A stretch of DNA of 63,194 bases, filler included, from Octopus bimaculoides (taxonomy: Eukaryota): assembly GCF_001194135.2 (NCBI RefSeq). It is 7 parts of 6 records of this genome, joined end to end, with 100 filler letters (N's around TTAATTAATTAA, not from the genome) between each part and the next. Parts side by side here need not be neighbours in the genome. Positions count along the whole stretch, not along the records: positions 21,537 to 41,982 come from NC_068981.1; 6 more parts are not named here. One strand, written 5' to 3'. This document shows, in pieces, positions 23,430-37,593 of this stretch; the first letter of the stretch is position 1, and the number at the start of each line of letters is the position of its first letter. The translations under genes and the position numbers were made by a program. The notes under the pieces are model-generated. The model saw only the letters and a program-made list of their open reading frames with translations. It made no database searches and was not told the DNA's origin.

Positions 23430-23655
23430 ACATTGACGAAACACACAATTCCCTCTTCCAACGTGCAAGAATCAACAGACAACACGTCTGACAAGAAGAA
23501 TTGCGCAAGATTCCCTTAAGCAAGCATCTAGAAATATGCAGTGAAAGCAAGTTCAAAATATTTCCCTTTTAGAAATGTTCAAGAGATGACGCAAAGTTCC
23601 AAGAAACAATGGAGCTACGTTTCATCAAAAAATTCTCTCCAAAATTAAATGCTTG
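23430..23655 (+). mobile_element. Penelope-like GIY-YIG endonuclease fragment
   Basis: YIDETHNSLFQRARINRQHV...PLSKHLEICS..FKIFPF...FIKKFSPKLNA*. Confidence 0.8.
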
Positions 23656-24959
23656 AAAGAGAAGTGGAGAAACTACATATTTTCAGAAAGACTGGAAAGA
23701 GAAACAGAGACAATATGCATGAACACCCCTCCAAATGAAACAAACTATGAACATTACATGGTAAGCTCATAAAACGTTGTGCCAAGCTAATACGACTAGG
23801 GAGAAATAATGCAAATGAATGCGCCAAATAGCACTGTATTACTGTCTAACAATATCCACATATCATGTAAGTTGAAATCAATGCATGATAGATGGTTCTG
23901 GTGCCTGTCAAGAAAGTTTTTTCAAGATTATTTTCCATTTTATTATTATTATTTTAATTGTAATGATGATGGATGAAGAGAAAACATTTATATTACACTG
24001 CTACTGTTGTTTCAGAATGTTGCTCCAGTGTTAATAACGTGGTACTCATCACTCTAAATGGACAGATATATATATATATANNNNNNNNNNNNNNNNNNNN
24101 NNNNNNNNNNNNNNNNNNNNNNNNNNNNNNNNNNNNNNNNNNNNNNNNNNNNNNNNNNNNNNNNNNNNNNNNNNNNNNNNNNNNNNNNNNNNNNNNNNNN
24201 NNNNNNNNNNNNNNNNNNNNNNNNNNNNNNNNNNNNNNNNNNNNNNNNNNNNNNNNNNNNNNNNNNNNNNNNNNNNNNNNNNNNNNNNNNNNNNNNNNNN
24301 NNNNNNNNNNNNNNNNNNNNNNNNNNNNNNNNNNNNNNNNNNNNNNNNNNNNNNNNNNNNNNNNNNNNNNNNNNNNNNNNNNNNNNNNNNNNNNNNNNNN
24401 NNNNNNNNNNNNNNNNNNNNNNNNNNNNNNNNNNNNNNNNNNNNNNNNNNNNNNNNNNNNNNNNNNNNNNNNNNNNNNNNNNNNNNNNNNNNNNNNNNNN
24501 NNNNNNNNNNNNNNNNNNNNNNNNNNNNNNNNNNNNNNNNNNNNNNNNNNNNNNNNNNNNNNNNNNNNNNNNNNNNNNNNNNNNNNNNNNNNNNNNNNNN
24601 NNNNNNNNNNNNNNNNNNNNNNNNNNNNNNNNNNNNNNNNNNNNNNNNNNNNNNNNNNNNNNNNNNNNNNNNNNNNNNNNNNNNNNNNNNNNNNNNNNNN
24701 NNNNNNNNNNNNNNNNNNNNNNNNNNNNNNNNNNNNNNNNNNNNNNNNNNNNNNNNNNNNNNNNNNNNNNNNNNNNNNNNNNNNNNNNNNNNNNNNNNNN
24801 NNNNNNNNNNNNNNNNNNNNNNNNNNNNNNNNNNNNNNNNNNNNNNNNNNNNNNNNNNNNNNNNNNNNNNNNNNNNNNNNNNNNNNNNNNNTATATATAT
24901 ATATATATATCAAAATCCAGAAAATTGAAAAATAGTATTAATATCATTTATTAATTGCA

Positions 24960-26620
24960 AGAATTCAATATTTCCAATTACAGCAGTTTCGACTTTGCTC
25001 GAAAAGGATTAAATTTCAGTAATTATAACATTCTATTGTACAAAATCTCGCCAGAGGAATTAAAAAGACATATCGTGATGTTATTAAATGTTATTCTTCC
25101 GAAACATCTCATTAGAAGAGAGATAAATTCTGTTACTAATGCTTTTTATAAGACCCTTATTTATAGATAGTGGATGATTACTTTGATAGTTTATACATTT
25201 TAAGTTAGAGTTAGATTTCATGTAAGGTTCATGTAGTTCCGTATTTAAATTACAGTTAACCTCTAGGTAGTTGATAGAATAGATTTCATTTCTCTATACT
25301 GATAGAAAGGCTGAATCAATTCAAAAATTTGTACAGGCGTTTTTTAAGCAGTTCTAGGCGTCTATTAGGATTGTTCCTAATTGTAAAAAACAACGCATCA
25401 TCCCTGTAGAGTCCCCCACCAAATTCTGGGAATTCCCTATTACTGTCGTCTAATAGATATATTAATGTCGTCTAATATATATATTACCACAAGTTCGGTC
25501 ACTTCCGCTAAGACTGGGGATCCCATTGTTATATCAAAGAAATATGGGTGTCCTTTCTTACCCACAATTTATTGTCAAATTCAATAATAGATTTGTGAGT
25601 CGTGAGGATTACATTGATTTCTTTCATATTAATCTTAATGTAGTTTTAGCAAAAATGATAGCACTATTTAAGATAACAAGGTTTATGGAGGAATAGTAAT
25701 TTTGAATATGAATTTGCAAAAATTTATACTTATCCTTATGTTCTATATTAGAGAACCAACCTACTGCATTTTGGGTATTAGTACACAACTCAAGTTTAAT
25801 CTTTTTCCTAAGGGTAGGTTCGTGCTTTAATAAGTTTTCCTAAGTTTGATTGATTGGGGCAAATAATCTAACTTGAATGTTACTTAAGTATTTATCCTTA
25901 TGGTTCTTAATTGTGATACGAGGTCTAATAGGTGTAAAAGGTATCGTTCTATCATCTCTATTATAATCAGACATAATTTACTTGGCGTCTAAGTTAAGTG
26001 TTTTAAGGAAGCTCTTAGGTACTACTTTATACTTTTTGTGATGTCTCTATGGATGAGTTCATGATAAGTATTGATGTTCATGTTGTAGGTGTTACTTACT
26101 TTGTCTGAGTGTACTATTATTCCATTTTTAGATTTTAGTTTTTATCTTCCTCGTTCATTGTGGTTAAGGGAGTGATTTTCAAACTTAACGTCCTTAATAT
26201 AGGACCAAAGTTCACTCCTATTTTATAAAGCTTTTGGACCATTCCGCCCGTCACTCAATCGCTTTAATTCCTAATTGTTCAAATAGATACCTCTCTATGT
26301 TTCAATGATACTGCTGCCTTTGTTCATTCTTTCGCATTGTACTTGTTTACATGTTTGTTTTTTTTCGATATACAATGTCCTAAGCGGTTTGGGACCCCTT
26401 ACAACATACACTACTTTTCTATACTCTTATTTATTTATACCAACCCGTATAGCTTGCCCTTTGTTTTTAAATTTAACTGTCCAATTATGTCGAACACTGG
26501 ACCTTGGTCAATCCCATTACGGACAAAAGGTAGTTGGACTTTTCCACATATCAGTAAGTACATAATTGAAATTAAATGTCGGGCATTTTATAAGGATAAA
26601 AACTATTAATTAGTACTGTA
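24960..26620 (-). mobile_element. Penelope-like element, decayed RT
   Basis: FDITMGSPVLAEVTEL, GGLYRDDAL and PYMKSN..SNHP motifs on the minus strand with stops and frameshifts. Confidence 0.88.
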
Positions 26621-27142
26621 AGCGTAATTATTAAAAAAACTATTGATTACTTCAAAACGTCATGGCACCCTCATTCCCACTTTGACAAAACCTATTGGCG
26701 TATCGCGTTAATGTAAAAAAAAATATGTTTTACTTCTTTTATTACTCATCCGCCCTATTATCCCCATAGAAAAATTGACCCTGCAGTTACTATTTTAAGT
26801 TTAGTCATTTACTCAACGTCCCAATTCGACTCATAAGGAAAATGGTATGATTTAAACATATTAAGCCTTTCCTTTTCCTCTCGTGGCTCTTCTTTCATTT
26901 CTGTTATGTATGTATTTTTCTTCACTTTGAGGAAGCGCCATGTTCCAGATCGGATTTATTACCAAATATGATGGATATTATTGTTAGATTATCAATGGCA
27001 ATACCATTTAAAATTGGAAGCAGAAATAGCTGTTAGTTGGGATACAGTCTATCTCTACTGAATTAAAAAATAATACTTGATGTATGTCAATTGTAGTTGA
27101 TCAATATTTCTGCATCTTCTGTTTACTTCATATATATATATA

Positions 27143-28391
27143 TTAGGTCGTCAAGTGTGAAATTTTAGTAAGGTATATGGTAAATTGTGACAGATGCTCA
27201 TTTTGCGCCATTATTATATTTTGATAATCTTTATTTTTTGTTAGAAAGCTGACACATTTATTTCTTTATTCTAACTCACTTTCCGCTTTATGAATCGTTT
27301 TCTGCTATTCTTGCTTAGAGATAGCTGAGTCGGAAATTCTTACAGATTTGAAATATGAGTTGCTTCTTGGAAATACAGCATCATATACAGCTCGGAATAT
27401 CAATGGAGTATTTCATTCTAATATGATTACACAGCAAGCAGTATCAAGTTGGTTTGCAAAATTTCGTTCTGGTAACTTTGGCCTCACAAATGAGCAACGC
27501 GGTCGACCAGAAAAAAAAGGTGGATAATGACGAATTGAAAGCCACCGTCGAGTCAGATCCATCTGAAAGTTCCCTTGAATTATCGTTCTAAGTCAAACAA
27601 TATTGACTCACATAGTTCAAATCGATAAAGTGAAGAAGTCGGATAAGTGGGTTCCACATTAACTCAATGAAAATCAGAAACATTAACGTTTGGAAGCCTG
27701 CATTATGCTACTTTCTCGTCACACAAATGGATCAAATCATTTTTTAATCGAATTGTAACATGTGATGAGAAATGGATCCAATACAATAACTGTAAACGTT
27801 CAGTAGAATGGTTGGACAAAGAAGAACGACCAAAACACAGTCCAAAAGGCAAAGTTCATCAAAAGAAGCTGATGGTGTGTCTTTGATTGTCTGGCGTAGG
27901 TGTGATACATTATGAGTTCATGAAACCTGGCTCATTAATCACAATCGAAGTATACTGCCTCCAATTCAACCAAATGATGCAAAAACTTACAAAAAACAGC
28001 CTATATTAGTCAACGGATCCAGTCCTATTTTACTGGAAGACAACGGTAGACCACACGTCGCAAAATTGACATTGGTGAAACCACGGGATTTGGAGTTGGA
28101 AGTTCTCCATCACCCACCACACTCAGGTGATCTTGCCCCCACTGACTACCACTCCTTCCAGAATTTGGATAACTTTTTAATAGGAAAAAAATTAATTCTG
28201 ACGATGCCGTAAAACAGGCCTTCCGAGATTTTATTAACTCTAACTGTTCCGCGCTGGACAAGCTACCGCTGAAATGGCAAATGTGTATTGACAAAATGGG
28301 TGCATACTTTGATGAATAAAACTATTCCTCCTATTTATAAAACATTAGCAAACTTTTTTCTTTTCTACAAATTTCATACTTGACGACCTAA
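27143..28391 (+). mobile_element. Full-length decayed mariner (DD34D) transposon
   Basis: 23-bp TIRs TTAGGTCGTCAAGTGTGAAATTT (1 mismatch), TA flanks; WVPH, VTCDEKW, DNGRPH and HPPHSGDLAPTDYH motifs. Confidence 0.93.
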
Positions 28392-29341
28392 TACATGCAT
28401 ATGTATGCGTTTTCTGCGATAGTTTAAGAAGCAGTGATGAGTGACAATTCTGTGAATAATGATAGTGTAGATCTTATACGCTTAAAGCTTATACGCGCTC
28501 ACAGAATATTGGCTAAAGAAAAGACTCTGATATTGAGGCATATAAGCTTGCTTGTTTAAAAAACTACACCATGAAATTATAGTTATTAAATCTAACGGGA
28601 AGAAGAGAATTGGTACGTTGGTGTAACGTTAGCACACGTATCAGGAATATACAGAGGTTTTTGTTCGAGTCCTACACGTACGGAAAACCCATTTTCCAGT
28701 CGAGGGCTTATATGTCCCAATATTAAACAGTTTCTTTAGTCAATCCATGGTGATCGGTTATATGCTGTAAGATACTATATATTAGAATTTAGTAGCAAAC
28801 ACCCAAGTTGTTACGCAGTGGGACTAAAACTGGAATTGTACGATTCGGGTGCAAACTTCTTACTACTTAAATCCACGCATCTGTGTATAGATTTTGGTTT
28901 ATTTCTCTTTAATAATATGTGAAATATGTGAAATATTAGATTTTCATTCCTTACCACATATCAACACATATCTACTTACCATTTATCTCCGACGTTTACG
29001 AGAGCATTTTACTGACGGAAAACAAAAATTTCTTTGAATTACGGAAATTATACATAAATAGCAACTTAAGCAACTTTCATTGCTTATACATTGACTTTAA
29101 TCAAATAATAGCTAAGAGGTATCGGAGCTTTTCAGATGTTCACGCCTTCATTATACGAGTGTGAGTGAAGGTGTATAATTACGAATATGTATCTACATAT
29201 ACACGCACATCATATATATATGTGCTCATGTATATATTCAAACACGTATACGAGTATACGTGTGTGTGTGTATCTATCTAGCTCAAATTCACAGAAAACG
29301 AAGGACAAAGACAGGTGAAGGAACAAGCATATGTATTATTT

Positions 29342-29378
<37 letters not shown>

Positions 29379-30197
29379 GAATATATGCATATATGTATAT
29401 ACATAATTACACGCATACATATACATATGCATACATACATACAGACATACATACATACATACATGCATACAAACATATATGCATACATATACACAAACAT
29501 GTTCTTGAATGATAGTTGGAAATAGACGTTTGAGAGTAAAGAATTTCAGATGGTATGTTTTTAGGCAATAGCTATTACTAAATGTAAAATTACTAAGTGG
29601 AAAAGAATAATCGTATCGATCGGGAAAAGCATAAAACTGTATAGTAAAATATACAAAAAATGTGCATGTAGTTTATAGAGAGAATAAGGATTGCATTGGC
29701 CTCTTAAATTGTAATGGGATAATGAATATTTTAATGGAAAGCGTAAGATCAGAAAACAGTACAAGAAATGTAGATACATGTTGTTTGTTGCATACTAAGG
29801 GATAAATAAATCATATTTAATTATACTATGCTGAACACATAGACACATACCTACAAACACAAACACACCCACACATACACAGATACATATATATGTTTAT
29901 GTGTATTTTTGTAGGCATTTAAGCGGTATATGCGTTATGCTTATGTAAGTGTATCACGAAACGAAATACAGGGCTCTGTTCATAGTTAACACTTTTATAG
30001 AATTCTCTCGTATTTTTAATAGTTACACGTACGTAAATACATATATACAGACACATAAACACGCACAGACACATACACACGCATAGACACACACACATAC
30101 ACACGCATATGTACGTAAACTTGTATCTGTGTATGTATATGTATAATATATATTATATATATAGAAACAGAGAGAGGGAAAGAAAGAGAGAGTGAAT

Positions 30198-30250
<53 letters not shown>

Positions 30251-32331
30251 TTCTATATGCATCGTTTATAGATCTATATCGTTTGTTGCTGCGTATATTT
30301 TCATAAACAACTCCCTAAATAGAAGATTCTAGCATTAGTGTACAATAGGTAATGGGAAAAATAGATATTTTTTTTCATCCCTCAGTACAAGAACGTGTAT
30401 CATAGACAATATGTATTCCTCCAATGCTGAAAAAATAACATTTACATATATTTTATTGTTATTACATGCATGCAGAATAGTGAAGTACACGAAGGAAGNN
30501 NNNNNNNNNNNNNNNNNNNNNNNNNNNNNNNNNNNNNNNNNNNNNNNNNNNNNNNNNNNNNNNNNNNNNNNNNNNNNNNNNNNNNNNNNNNNNNNNNNNN
30601 NNNNNNNNNNNNNNNNNNNNNNNNNNNNNNNNNNNNNNNNNNNNNNNNNNNNNNNNNNNNNNNNNNNNNNNNNNNNNNNNNNNNNNNNNNNNNNNNNNNN
30701 NNNNNNNNNNNNNNNNNNNNNNNNNNNNNNNNNNNNNNNNNNNNNNNNNNNNNNNNNNNNNNNNNNNNNNNNNNNNNNNNNNNNNNNNNNNNNNNNNNNN
30801 NNNNNNNNNNNNNNNNNNNNNNNNNNNNNNNNNNNNNNNNNNNNNNNNNNNNNNNNNNNNNNNNNNNNNNNNNNNNNNNNNNNNNNNNNNNNNNNNNNNN
30901 NNNNNNNNNNNNNNNNNNNNNNNNNNNNNNNNNNNNNNNNNNNNNNNNNNNNNNNNNNNNNNNNNNNNNNNNNNNNNNNNNNNNNNNNNNNNNNNNNNNN
31001 NNNNNNNNNNNNNNNNNNNNNNNNNNNNNNNNNNNNNNNNNNNNNNNNNNNNNNNNNNNNNNNNNNNNNNNNNNNNNNNNNNNNNNNNNNNNNNNNNNNN
31101 NNNNNNNNNNNNNNNNNNNNNNNNNNNNNNNNATATATATTTCATGTCGCTATGCCTGTCAGAATTTACGACTACATATAAATATGTCTAAACAAATAGC
31201 ATACGTATCAATAGAATCTCGTAGAAATTTGCTTAAAAAAAAAACACAAAAAACTATATTGTAGCTTTCTTCCCCGGAGATACATCATGTCGATATAACA
31301 GCTAAACTATTTACATTTCTGTTTCTCGGGGTATTTTTTGAATTCACTGCTGCGAAATATTTTCTTAGTTAATGTCCTCGATACATCCTCTGCAATATCA
31401 CATCCTTTAAATTTTGTTTTCAGTACACGAACAAATTTCCGCTCACGCTTGGTGGTGGTGCTATGATGCGAGCAAATTTATACACTATAGTATTTCTTCA
31501 TCTACTGGCTTCGAGAGAGTTTCTGAGAACATAACAAACAAAATATAGCATTTTCAATTTTCTTACCTGTATGTTGTGTTACATAATATTCGTGTAAACT
31601 GTGTTTCAAGTGTATTGTTATAAGTTCAGTGTAGAGCCTAGTAGAAAAAAAAAAAAGCTTGACTCTAGCTGCTTTGTGTTGAAGATTATTTTATATCAGT
31701 AGTGAATATATATATTACATGTATTTTATATCAGTTTTGTAATGATACTTACCACGTCTCAGTACTGACGAAACCTATGATAACTATTGTTGACATGATG
31801 CATCGAGGTTCATATTGTGCTGGAAGTGTTTTCACACATCTAGTAATGTAAGATATGATTTCATAAGAAATTGTTTAACAATCCTTCTAGGTCCCGCGAG
31901 TGAATACTGAATTCATCGTTTTAAAAAGGACCTCATTTCATGTCCGTTTGTGGGTATAAGCTATATCTCCGCTAACGTACAGCTGAGGAATAGGACGACA
32001 CGCAATCATTACCGAAACTACTATTGTATATGAACAGTAGAAATAATACGTGATTTTGAGCAATATCTGCACGGGTATAAAAAAGAACGTGCACATTATA
32101 TATATATATATATATATATATACGAAAAGTGCATCCAGCTCTTCAACTTCTTGCCTCTTTTTTGTGATTTGTCTTGTACCAGTATCCTGGTTTGCAAATT
32201 TCGGGTAAAATGTATACATGTAGTTATATGTGCATTCGGAACTATGCCTTAAAATTTGAACAGATAGATAGAGGAAATAGGCAGAAAACCTAGTTAGAGT
32301 AGCTCCAGAAAACAGTAATATTAGGGATAGC

Positions 32332-32499
32332 AAAGATTTTTAGGAAGTATTAAGGGGAATATAAATGAAATTGTAATAGATTGCCCAGTAGAACTACTAC
32401 AAATGTTTTGCCTCCCTGGCACAATCAGAATAGCCAGGAAAGTATTAATTAGCTGAAAAGAACGTATACCATGGTACCGTAGGCTGCAGATAGCAAGCC

Positions 32500-32500
<1 letters not shown>
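32332..32500 (+). mobile_element. R4/Dong-like LINE 3' end, copy 1, followed by (TAA)n
   Basis: Homologous to 32955-33110; (TAA)n at 32501-32615. Confidence 0.75.
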
Positions 32501-32581
<81 letters not shown>

Positions 32582-32639
32582 TAATGATAGTAATGATAAT
32601 AATAATGATAATAATACGAGCACAAGTTACAGGGAGTGG

Positions 32640-33175
32640 TGGAGTCGGAGACCGGTATGAACGATAACCACAGGGATTGGCCGAGTCGGAGACTAGCAAA
32701 GTCCTGTGTGATTTCTCAATCCAATCAAATCAGGTACTAGAGCATAACAGACCGGATCTAGTGGTGGTGGACAAGGTGCACCACATATGCTATAAAGTTG
32801 ATTTTGTAGGCCCCTTTGACTCACGAATAATCAAGGAAGAATGCGAAAAGATAGAGAAATACAACCCTCTTAAGTACGAAATAGCCTGGTTATGGAAAAT
32901 GAAGAAGGTGAAGATAGTGTCAATTAATGTTGGGGCCTTGGGTACAGTATCAGAAGGCATCAAGGGGAATATAAAGGAAATTGGAATAGGGTGCCCATTT
33001 AGAACTGTTACAAAAGGTTTGCCTCCTTGGTACGGCCAGAATAATCAGAAAAGTATTAGATAGCTGAAAAGAATGAGCAGCATGGTACCGTAGGCTGCAG
33101 GTAGTGAGCCCGCTACGCATATAAGTCTCCAAGAGTTCCGACAAAAGCTGTGATACATAGAAATAATTATATTAA
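32640..33175 (+). mobile_element. R4/Dong-like LINE 3' end, copy 2, restriction-like endonuclease
   Basis: HNRPDLVVVDK..VDF..P.D..EKIEKY..L...INVGALG (PD-D-K RLE), then LLGTARIIRKVLDS* after a frameshift. Confidence 0.88.
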
Positions 33176-33189
33176 TGGTTGTAATGATA

Positions 33190-33520
33190 CAGGAGAAGAA
33201 AAAGAAAACAATATCTTCAAATTTGAAATTACAAGAATTTGGAGCATGAAAGCTGTAGAGGCTGTCCTACAATAATTGATGCATTGGGATCTCTAAGTAA
33301 AGATATGGACAAATGGTCGAAAGAGATTGGAATAGAGCGTCCTTTTGAGCTTCTAGACAAAGGTTGCCTCTTAGGGACAGGAAAGATCATCAAGAGGATT
33401 TTAAGCACTTGAAAGACTATTGAAAGTGCATGGATACCTACAGTTACAGTAGTAACCTGCTACACACATAAATTCTACCAGGAATAAGAACAAACCTGAG
33501 TGAAATCAACAATAATGAAA
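33190..33520 (+). mobile_element. R4/Dong-like LINE 3' end, copy 3 (different subfamily)
   Basis: FEITRIWSMK...DALGSL..KEIGI..LLGTGKIIKRILST*. Confidence 0.75.
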
Positions 33521-36279
33521 TCTATATATACACCACAAAAGTTCGTGTATGGACACACGCACCTCTACTTGTATGCTTGTTATATTGTTGCATGTTAGTT
33601 TCATTCATAAATGTGTATTCCGTTCATGAACGTATGTGATTTCCACACACTTTTTTGAGCGTGAATAAATCAGTATTGATGAAATTGTCAAGATATTTCA
33701 GTATCCAACACTTTACTCACTGGCGTCTGCATTGTTAGAAAACGCACCCGACTATCACAGAAACAAAGATCTATTTGGCATATGAGATGTGAAATATTAA
33801 ATACCCATTGAGTACTTATTGAGAAACGCTGAAAGAAATGCGCTGTCCTTTATATATTCACACACCATGAGATGTCTATACACAAATACATACGTTTTTT
33901 TAGCGTATTAGTAGTTATATATGAATGCATGCATGAAAATGTATATATGTATGTATGTAATTACGTATGTTGGTATATGTGTGTGTATGTGTGTGTGTGT
34001 GTATCGAGAAAGAGTGAGTGAGACATTTAAGTATATCGACAAACTGGTAAACATGTGCAGTTTTGCCTTGACACACAGGGAGAATAATATATACAAATAC
34101 AAATACCAGGGGAGAGAGAAAACAAAAGAGAGACAGAATACGCGAAAGGGAGAGATGGAAATGGAATATCGATATGGCAATAGGTAATATATCTAAACAT
34201 TTTTATAAATATATACATGGAAGTGAAAATGGTAATATATATTTTCGTATGTGTGCGTGTTTGTGTGTGTGTATGCTTCTGTATGCGCATGTGTATGTGT
34301 GCATGTGAATATATGTGTGTGGATGTATGTTTTATTTTGATGTTTATATTGTTCGACGCTAATATAATGCAATATCTACGTAATGTTTCAACATTCGATA
34401 GAGGAATTTTTGTTTTTATATAACATCATGCTTGAAAATTTAAATGTGAAATTGTTTTAACTATACTGTTCATTGACCATGCAGTCTCTTGACATAACTT
34501 ATCTGGGATTATTCATGAAAAAATAAAATTTATAAGGAAAAATTGCATGGCATATTCACTGTTTCTTCATATATAGGAAACAAACATGGTGTAAAACAAA
34601 GAAAAATATTTCACACTTCATGAGCACTATTTTATAAACATCTGCTCTGATTTATTTAATTAAATTTACATATCTGTTGCTAGGGCACAACTGGGAAATA
34701 TACACTGTACCTGAAACATATGCCAGTAACTGTTTAGAAGAATTTTCAGAGTTATAGATATTCAATAATTGAAAAATCAATCATTTATATGGTTAATAAA
34801 ATACAGTTTAGGTTGAAGTAAAATAGATATTTTCAGTTCAAGTGAAATGTAAATAGAATGATGCCTATTCTTCTTTCAATTCAGTTAGATATTTTCAAAG
34901 TTTCTTCACTCATCTATTTTCGTTTTATATGAAATACAATATGTCTAATATAGATGCATTGTGTTATTATTCAAAACCGCTTTTCTTAATAAGCCCTGTT
35001 ATAGTGGATTACCGAAAACCAATATTCTCATATTTCACTCCTTTTTAACAAAAAAAAAAAAAAAAAATCATCAAAGTATATTTTGTAAAATCGCTGAAAT
35101 GAGATATAGAAATAGAATCGTGAAAATGTTTGCTCAGCAGCGCTGTCAAGTTTATGGTGCATAACCTGCAGCAAATGTAATCTCTTAACAGAGACCAGCA
35201 AATACATTGAAAGTAAGTTTAAAGCCAGTTACTTACATCATTAAAAAGAAATATGAACGCTACAAATTCTATTTGTTGTCCTTCTCTACAGTGTTTAATC
35301 CCCAAATATTGAAGACTAAAATAAGTCACCGAGATAGGGGATAGGGAAGAAAGGAAACAAACGAAAGGGAGAGAAAGTGAGATTGAAGGAGGGGCACAAG
35401 CAGCTAAATTCATATTTCATTGGGTAGTATAGTTACGGAAAACTGGAGTCAAAGTTTCGTATTCAATCACAGACATTGTGTTCTGTTATAAACGATGCCA
35501 CCTTTCATGTTCAAAGTTCGATTGGTATTGTGAATCAGTGAACTTGAGATCAGACGGGTCAGCGTTTCTAGTATCCGGGTTCTTCTTCTGTGCTAATTTC
35601 AATAGACATGCTACATATGCCATAATATGTAACATTTTATGATCATTAAAACAGAACGGCTGCTCAAAATATTAATGGACTTCGTAATAGGTTCAGCTTT
35701 CATCGTATTAATTGATTAAACGTTATGATACTTATTCAACCATAATGTACTTTCTAACATATCTATGGAGAATTATATGTTAGGTACATATATAATCTTT
35801 TTCATCTATCTTTTAAAATTTACACTTGCATTGGGAAAGATGAACCGGACACGTATTCATTTAATTATACGACCATGAAAATTATTACGTTACTACATGT
35901 TTGAAGATTAATAATATCTTCGCTTTTTCAAAGTAAATACTTGGCCATAGGGATTTAGAAGCTTATTTGCACTTGAAGCGCGTGTTCCTCAAAAAGGATG
36001 CTTTCAGATTTTGTTGACATATTCTTTTGCCTATGAGATATGTACGAATAGAATAGGACAATTTCAGTGATGTACTAGAAATTGACTTAATGAACTCTGG
36101 AAGGATAGAAGCTTTACTGAATCTGCTAAACCAAAGCCGCGTAAATATTTTTTTCTGAATGTCAAGTAACATAATTACATTATTCGTGTTCTTCATGCGT
36201 TGCTTCAGAACTTAATCTCAATATAAATTCACTCAGATCTTTTAAAAGGAATGCTAATGGCACAGTTTATACTAAAAGT

Positions 36280-36660
36280 TGGCATTCAGTGGGTTACGAC
36301 AACGAGGGTTCCAGATGATCGGATCAACGGAACATCCCGCTCGTTAAATTAACGTGCAAGTGGCTGAGCACTCCACAGACACGTGTACCCTTAACGTGGT
36401 TCTCGGGGAGATTCAGCATGGTACAGACTGTGACAAAGCTAGCCATTTAAAATACAGGTACAAAAGAAACAGGAGGGAGGGTGAGAGAAAGTTGCGGTGA
36501 AAGTGTGCTGCAGGGCTCACCACCAAACACTCACGGAGCCTCGTGGGGATTTTAGGCGTTTTCGCTCCATAAAAACTCAGAACACCCGGTCTAACGATCG
36601 AAACCACGATCGTACAACCGCGAGTCCCTTGCCCTAACCACTGTGCCATTGCACCTCAAC
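36280..36660 (-). mobile_element. SINE family B copy
   Basis: Collinear with 12838-13212. Confidence 0.85.
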
Positions 36661-37257
36661 TATGCAAGTAGTAAATAAATACATAATACAAAGTGCAAAG
36701 GCGTCCGTATTATTTTGTTGCATATTATATTGGCGGATACTACATAGCTGATTCACATGATATATTAACCTGTCACTCGATCATATTTTATATGAATATG
36801 TACCATACATAAATATCCACACGAACGCATGCGTACACACACACACGCACACATATGAGTGCGTGTGTGTGTATATGTTTGTGTGAGCGTGCGTCTTTGC
36901 ATATATATATATATATGTATATATANNNNNNNNNNNNNNNNNNNNNNNNNNNNNNNNNNNNNNNNNNNNNNNNNNNNNNNNNNNNNNNNNNNNNNNNNNN
37001 NNNNNNNNNNNNNNNNNNNNNNNNNNNNNNNNNNNNNNNNNNNNNNNNNNNNNNNNNNNNNNNNNNNNNNNNNNNNNNNNNNNNNNNNNNNNNNNNNNNN
37101 NNNNNNNNNNNNNNNNNNNNNNNNNNNNNNNNNNNNNNNNNNNNNNNNNNNNNNNNNNNNNNNNNNNNNNNNNNNNNNNNNNNNNNNNNNNNNNNNNNNN
37201 NNNNNNNNNNNNNNNNNNNNNNNNNNNNNNNNNNNNNNNNNNNNNNNNNNNNNNNNN

Positions 37258-37292
<35 letters not shown>

Positions 37293-37593
37293 GACAATTA
37301 TAGTATTCTTGTTTAGTGATACATTGCTAAACAGCTGCCCAATTTAATTATACCGATGGTGCCTTCAAACGTACGTGACACCCGGAGGTGCGTCCGAAGA
37401 GTCGACGTACACTGAGTCCTGCAATATGTACCACTTCACGCGGTTAGCAGCGCTCTCCATCGAATGGGTGCCGAAAGACCATCTACCAACCTGTGTGAGA
37501 GTATGTGTATATATATTATCACACATGTATGTACATATATATATATATATATATATACATTTACACAAACATATATTCGCACACTTATATGTA

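Noticed and set aside
35192-35212. 21-nt microexon-like segment (ttaacag...gtaagt)
   Set aside because: No partner exons or recognisable peptide; expected by chance.
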